Below are positions 58,505-64,000 of a DNA stretch of 64,000 bases, piece by piece. Source of the DNA: Lingula anatina (lineage: Eukaryota; Animalia; Brachiopoda). The position numbers were made by a program, and so were the translations under genes. The notes beneath the pieces are model-generated. The model worked only from the letters and a program-made list of their open reading frames with translations. It was not told where the DNA came from and made no database searches. The stretch is taken from contig CM120640.1 of assembly GCA_051362555.1 (NCBI GenBank), positions 23,112,225 through 23,176,224 on the forward strand, in the 5' to 3' direction. Each line of letters begins with the position of its first letter. Position 1 is the stretch's first letter.

Positions 58505-59265
58505 CATTGTAAATTGTAAGAAAAGCTTTCGACAGAGTTAACAGGTTTTATTTATGGTATAAATTATATAAGTTAGGAATTTGCGGAAACTTCATGAATT
58601 CCCTTCATAGAAACCCGAAACGATGTGTTAAGGTAAATAACTATACAACAACTTTCCTTGACATAGATACCGGAGTGAAACAGGGGTGTTTGCTGTCACG
58701 TTTACTCTTTGACATGTTCATTAATGATCTGGTGCATGATCTTAAAGCTCTGGGCAAAGGCATTCATGTTTGCTCCTTTGTTCGAACTAGAACTCAACAT
58801 TGAGTCCTAAATGCGATGACGTTGTGCTTTTAGCTAAGAACGAAAGGACTTGCAGTCAATGCTTGATGTAGTGCACAAGTGGTATTACAAAGGGCAGTTG
58901 ACTCTGAATGAGAACAAAATCCAGTTCATTTCAGGACACCTAGAGTGCCTAAGACTTATTATGTATTTACATGTGGTAACTTAAAGTAAACATTGTCGAA
59001 AAACATATTTTGATATGTGGTATTTTGAGCATTTTGATGCGAGTATATCACGAATAGCTATGTCTGTAAGTAGAGCTCTAGGTCTTCTGATTGCAAAATG
59101 CAAAGCAAATGGGAGCATCTTTATGTTTGCGTTACGAAATTATACAATCCACTTGTAGCTCCAGTGTTAGAGTATGGTTCTGTTTTATGGGGATTCCAGG
59201 GTTTTAATCAAATCCATGCTATTTTTAACCGAGCTTGTAGGCATTTCGTTGGTGTGCTCTGAACG
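58505..59265 (+). mobile_element. Decayed non-LTR retrotransposon (LINE, CR1/L2-group-like) reverse transcriptase fragment
   Basis: Broken reading frames give KKAFDRVNR, LWYKLYKLGI, TGVKQGCLLSRLLFDMFINDL, DDVVLLA and LQSMLD...W, i.e. RT motifs with frameshifts and stops. Confidence 0.85.
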
Positions 59266-60763
59266 ATATTTTGGACAGAAGTTTGTAACTTTCATTTTAA
59301 GATTCTGGGCCATGCACCAAGATTTGTCTACCACAAACTGAGGTCACCCCTCGAGATTGAACACCCGGCAACGCAAAACATGAAGAATCGTACCTTGGCA
59401 GCCTCAACTTATTGGTATTCAGTGCACAAGCAGCTTCATAGGGTCTTTGTTTACGAAATAGGCGTTTTTGTCTACCTTTGCTTTGTTGATATTTTCACAT
59501 TGTTTTGACTAAAGGGCTGAAACTAAGGGCTGAAACGTCACCAAGGTAATGAGGGTTGTACAAACACGGTGTTGCGTGTTTTGTTTCACATTCCAGTCGA
59601 CAATCCGGACAGCCCGGACGGCTATAGTCAAACCACCAATATTTATTATCACATGAATTATGTATCTCAAGAATAAATGCAGATATCCACGTTTCACAAA
59701 GGTGTTTTCTACATATGCTTCCGAATACTGGAATAAACACACTACTGGAAAAGTATTTTATTCAAAACACAGATCAACAGACGAAAATAACACTTTCCAG
59801 GTAAATACCCGCTGAGATAAAATGTTTTTGCGTAATTTAGGGTCTTCTCTATGAGAAAATAATATGAAAACCACAAAATGATAGGTACTTTGTGTCTCCA
59901 AATTGAAAACAAAGTCGAATGCTGGAATTTATTCTTCGTCATGCAACTCAGAAACAAACAATATTTCAGCGCCCATTGAATCCAATCGGGACAGATTTTC
60001 TCCCCACATACAGGGCATTTTCTTCGTTGCGCAATGACAAAGGCTTAAGACACTTGCCTCTCCCATAATTTCCCTAATCTAAATAAATTGTATCACCCTG
60101 AAAAAGGTACATATACGTATCCCATGGTTACCAGTTAATTCAATTTTAATAAAGCGTGGATTTCCGGAACACGAAAGTTGAATATTTCTGTCAGAGTAGA
60201 GAGGATATTTCCTTTAATATATTTATTTATGTTCAATGCGCGCAACTACTTAAATCACAATGAAAAATATGAAATATAAAAATATATCAATGTATAAAAT
60301 AGATATCACAAGTCATTAATGCACAGCAATCAGTTAATCAATTACCTAAATCTGGACATATTACATAAAATATTTCACCTATGGAAGAGATATCTTATAT
60401 GTAAATGCGATGTGTTAAGGCTGGCATATGTACAATTGCAAAAAAAAAAAAGGATTAAAGCAACGTGTTATCAAATATATACACAAGTATAAACTTAAGT
60501 AAGCTTCACAAAAATTTTCTTGTCCTGAATTTCGTCCAGTACATACCTACTCAGCGTTAATTTTCTATTACTTAAAAATTCTATTGAACAATAATGTCAC
60601 ACGCGTACGTTCAAAAACCTGGGTGATTTAACGCACAGAAGCCATAAAATTAATCAGTCTTCTGCAATGTCTGAAATGATATTGATTTTTCTTTTCAGCT
60701 CGGATTTTCAACAGCTAAGAAGTAAGGCTTTTTCATGGAGTAGTCTCATTCTGCATGCTCTGT

Positions 60764-63749
60764 TTAAGAATACACCATCATGCAGAGCAACACTGCCAAG
60801 GCAATGTTTTTCAAACATCCAGATACGGTTCCACTTCCTCCGAAATTTTCCTGACCGACATACATGGTTATCTTGAAAGTGTTGGTGTCGCTTGTGCCTG
60901 TTCCATAGATGGAAGTATAAAGTGAAACGGTGGAGTTGGCGGTGGAGTTAGAAACATCACGTCTGACGCGAGAGAGGGAGGGCGGAGGTGGAATGTAGAA
61001 ATCGTAAAAACCCTTGCTTGTGTCGCTGTCGAGTTTATGATCATAAAAAGCAGGGCTTGGATTGGTTGTGGTATAAGACGCATACATGCTTGTCTGCCCA
61101 GCGGTCATTGCAACCTGAAATAAATTTGGAATTTTTTTAAACATATCCATTATGTTAGTGTGCAATTGAATTATTGAGATGTCACAGCTATTTATCATGC
61201 AAACAACAAAAGAGCTACAAACAAAAACGTCCATCGCATACCATAGGATTATAACAAAATGTCAACTGCAATTACTATTGTAAAACAGCTTTACCTTAAT
61301 AGTTGCCCCTGACTCCACAGATGCTGAAAACGTAAAGTAGGCAGCTTGGTCTTTCTTCAGTGTACCTGTTATTTCTGCTTCGGCATTCACCTCTGTTGAA
61401 ACTATAAATTCAAAATATAGATCGAGTTAATTACAGTATTGCTTTTACTTTCGTTTACTTTTCAATAAAATGTTTTTTAAAACTTTATTTTACTATTGAC
61501 TTATGGGATAGTCGAGGTGGAGAACACGATAAAATATTAACCTCTGGGAGAAATCTTACGTAGTAAATTTGAGATATGGCAGAAATCTATCACACTGAAT
61601 ATGCTTTGAGTAACCATATAAAACAGCAATGTATACAAGGACACACACATTGTGTACGTTTAAATAATACTCATATAATCTAGAACAAATGAATGATTTT
61701 AGCAAAATACTATTCTGACCATTGCCATAAACTGAATGTATCACACAAAAAGTATCTGAATAAAACGATGCGCACCATCGTCCAGCTATTTTTTCTATTC
61801 TCCGTTGTGACTTTTGTCGAAATAAAAACTAAATAAAAAGGTGAACTCTCGATCACATTTATAAGTCATCATGAGTTATCAACCAATATTTACTTCTTTT
61901 ACAATCGCAAGTCAGCTAAGGCATCGATATGCTCACTTGATCTGTGAACCTGCGTTCTGAAACAACCTGCATCTATTGGCAACAAGTGGAGATAAACGGA
62001 GTGCTATCGTGTGTAATGACACTCACTTTATTTGTCCCACGATTGATGGAAAAAATTAAAGTGATAATAACTCTTCGTTTCAGCCAAAAAATGAATTTTC
62101 CTGGAGTAAACAACAATTTTCCCATACTTACCAATGGTTAATGAATCCATTTTTACATTCAAAGTTAGTCCCTGGTTTTTTTCTAAAAAGTTTGTTTTTT
62201 TTGTTAAAATCTCTTAAGAGATTTTAACAGAGTATAGCCATCAATGGAGGTCATGTGGTCTAAAGACAAGCTCAGATATCAGAATAATAGCTATAACAGC
62301 CGTTTTTGTGGGAAAACAGTATATATTATATTTTTATGAGTCACTCACAATGTTTTTATTGTGAAATACAGATTTCATACGAAGAGTTATTATCCCTTTA
62401 ATGATACTGGGTCGCTTTCTTGTCAATTCTTTCAAAAAGGAAAAAAAGGAAACGGGCTTACCCTTGCAGGTGCGACCTTCTATCTCGGACTTAAAACTGC
62501 TAAAGTCTGTGAAATCAGTCAAGTCAAAAACATATTTTGAGTCTGGATTAGATGCAATGCTCTGAAGCTCGCTATAATCAATACCGCTTGTAACTCCTAC
62601 GGCAAACACGATGATGTCATTCTCGTGTACACGTTCGGCATACTGAATAGTGAGCGATTCGTCGTTGGATTGGCCGTCTGTGATGACTATACCTATCTGT
62701 GGAGTTCCCGTCACGTTCTGGCGTCCCGAACTTTTCATAACGTTGACAAGAGATGAAAGTCCCAAATGTGTTGCTGTACCGCCGCCTATGTAGTTAACAT
62801 TACCAATACGTGGAATAACTGTTGCGTTGCTGGTGTAGTCGTTGAGATCGAACTCGATTATCGCCGCGTTGCTGTACTTAATCAAACCAACACGGATCTT
62901 GTCCAAACCCACTTCCATTGAGTTCACGACATTCTGGACAAAAGTGAGCATCTGTTGAAAGTTACTGGCACCTACGCTGCCAGAGGAGTCCAGCACAAAT
63001 ACCAGATCAGCGCGTAGAATGTCGCACTCTAAAATGAAAATAATAATAGCAAATATACATACATATTGATAAAGAAAGAAGAATCGTTAACATCTCACTG
63101 AATTCCAAATCTGTTAGATCCAGAGGTATATGTTAGAACTTTATATGGCAAATAAATAAATAAATTTCCTTTTATATATATATATGAGTGAAATCACTAG
63201 TCTCAATCTCCATATCGAGAGGGACTAAAATTCAAACAAAGTAAATAACAAGCTATCCCTATCATCAACAGAAAGTACTCCAATTGACGGATTTCAATAC
63301 ACTTCATTTTCAATTTTTCGTTCCCAACCCATAACAAATAATGTAAAAACTCATTCCTTAGGTTCATTTTTGAATTTCGATTTACTGTCTTCTGCCTTTA
63401 ACAGCCTGCTTGCATAATTTTCTTTTCGTTTAACAGTGTATGACTTACTTGATTGTTTCTCTAATTCTGTAACGTCGTCTATAAATTTCTGTTCTGTCCC
63501 CGCTCCACTGTTGCTGTTATAATACCTTTTCCAGTACGTTGCCTGGCCACTAATGTCGCGGGGGATAACTTGGTTTATGTTGGAAAGGAACAATCTTGCA
63601 GCGAGACCAGAATACAGCGGCTTCTGGAGGTCCGACCATGAGACCGTTGTCCAGTCGATGTTAAATTTTGTCCTTATCGCTTCAAATTTTGATGTTAGAC
63701 CCGGGTGGCTAGATGTGTCCTGTGTCGATTCGAAGCCGATTCTATCAAC
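60764..63749 (-). CDS. Lysozyme-fold-like domain + von Willebrand factor A domain + beta-rich domain + furin site + GPI-type C-terminus; 5' exon(s) lie beyond the window
   Basis: Exon 63449-63749: VDRIGFESTQD...YWKRYYNSNSGAGTEQKFIDDVTELEKQS. Exon 62462-63028: CDILRADLVFVLDSSGSVG...IVITDGQSND...EGRTCK, a vWA domain with the DxSxS MIDAS motif. Exon 61295-61401. Exon 60764-61114: ...SRVRRDV...FGGSGTVSGCLKNIALAVLLCMMVYS*. Phases join. Confidence 0.88.
62060..62397. mobile_element. ~340-bp TTAA-flanked MITE, copy 2 (intron of the vWA gene)
   Basis: TIR AGTGATAATAACTCTTCGT / ACGAAGAGTTATTATCCCT with TTAA TSD. Homologous to 31971-32307. Confidence 0.88.
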
Positions 63750-64000
63750 CTGAAAATGAAGATGAATTTACATCCACCGTCAGTGTGCAAGATATCCAGG
63801 GAATTGCAAGCCGTTTTATTAACATGAAAATTGCAAAATAACTGTACTTTCGTTACAGATTGGAAAATTGAATTTCATCAATATGAAAATGAACACCAAT
63901 TATAAATATTTCTGACAAAAGGCTTCATCAGTATTATTCAATAACGATTGCTATTTGTCAACCAGACCAAGTAAGGGATGTACTCTATCAGTCAGAGAGG

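Noticed and set aside
59500-59545. TGACTAAAGGGCTGAAACTAAGGGCTGAAACGTC resembling a Penelope-type hammerhead ribozyme end
   Set aside because: The CUGANGA core and stems could not be built convincingly; it looks like a short local duplication.
62334-62996. vWA ORF as a collagen VI/XII or matrilin gene
   Set aside because: No Gly-X-Y, EGF or FN3 exons. The flanking exons encode a lysozyme-like domain and a GPI-type tail.

Overview
AT-rich eukaryotic (animal) genomic DNA with spliceosomal introns. Repeat types and gene content suggest a lophotrochozoan, probably a bivalve mollusc (inference). From left to right: the 3' end of RSPH10B (+), a complete AP-2 complex alpha subunit gene (-) with a U12-type AT-AC intron, a short bidirectional promoter, and a complete ~35-exon DCDC1 gene (+) with a GC-AG intron. 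The right end carries two tandem paralogues (-) of an uncharacterised lysozyme-fold-like domain whose motifs resemble lytic transglycosylases and a bacterial/phage YWKxxYNTxxGxGT family. One is a stand-alone, leaderless copy with kappa-B-like promoter motifs and a 1-nt frameshift. The other is fused to a vWA domain, a furin site and a GPI-type tail. Mobile DNA includes a 4.2-kb Helentron-like non-autonomous element carrying a higher-order 146-bp array of DR1 nuclear-receptor motifs, a TTAA-flanked Kolobok-like element, several MITEs and a decayed LINE. Exon boundaries and translations were read by eye; family assignments are from recalled motifs, not database searches.
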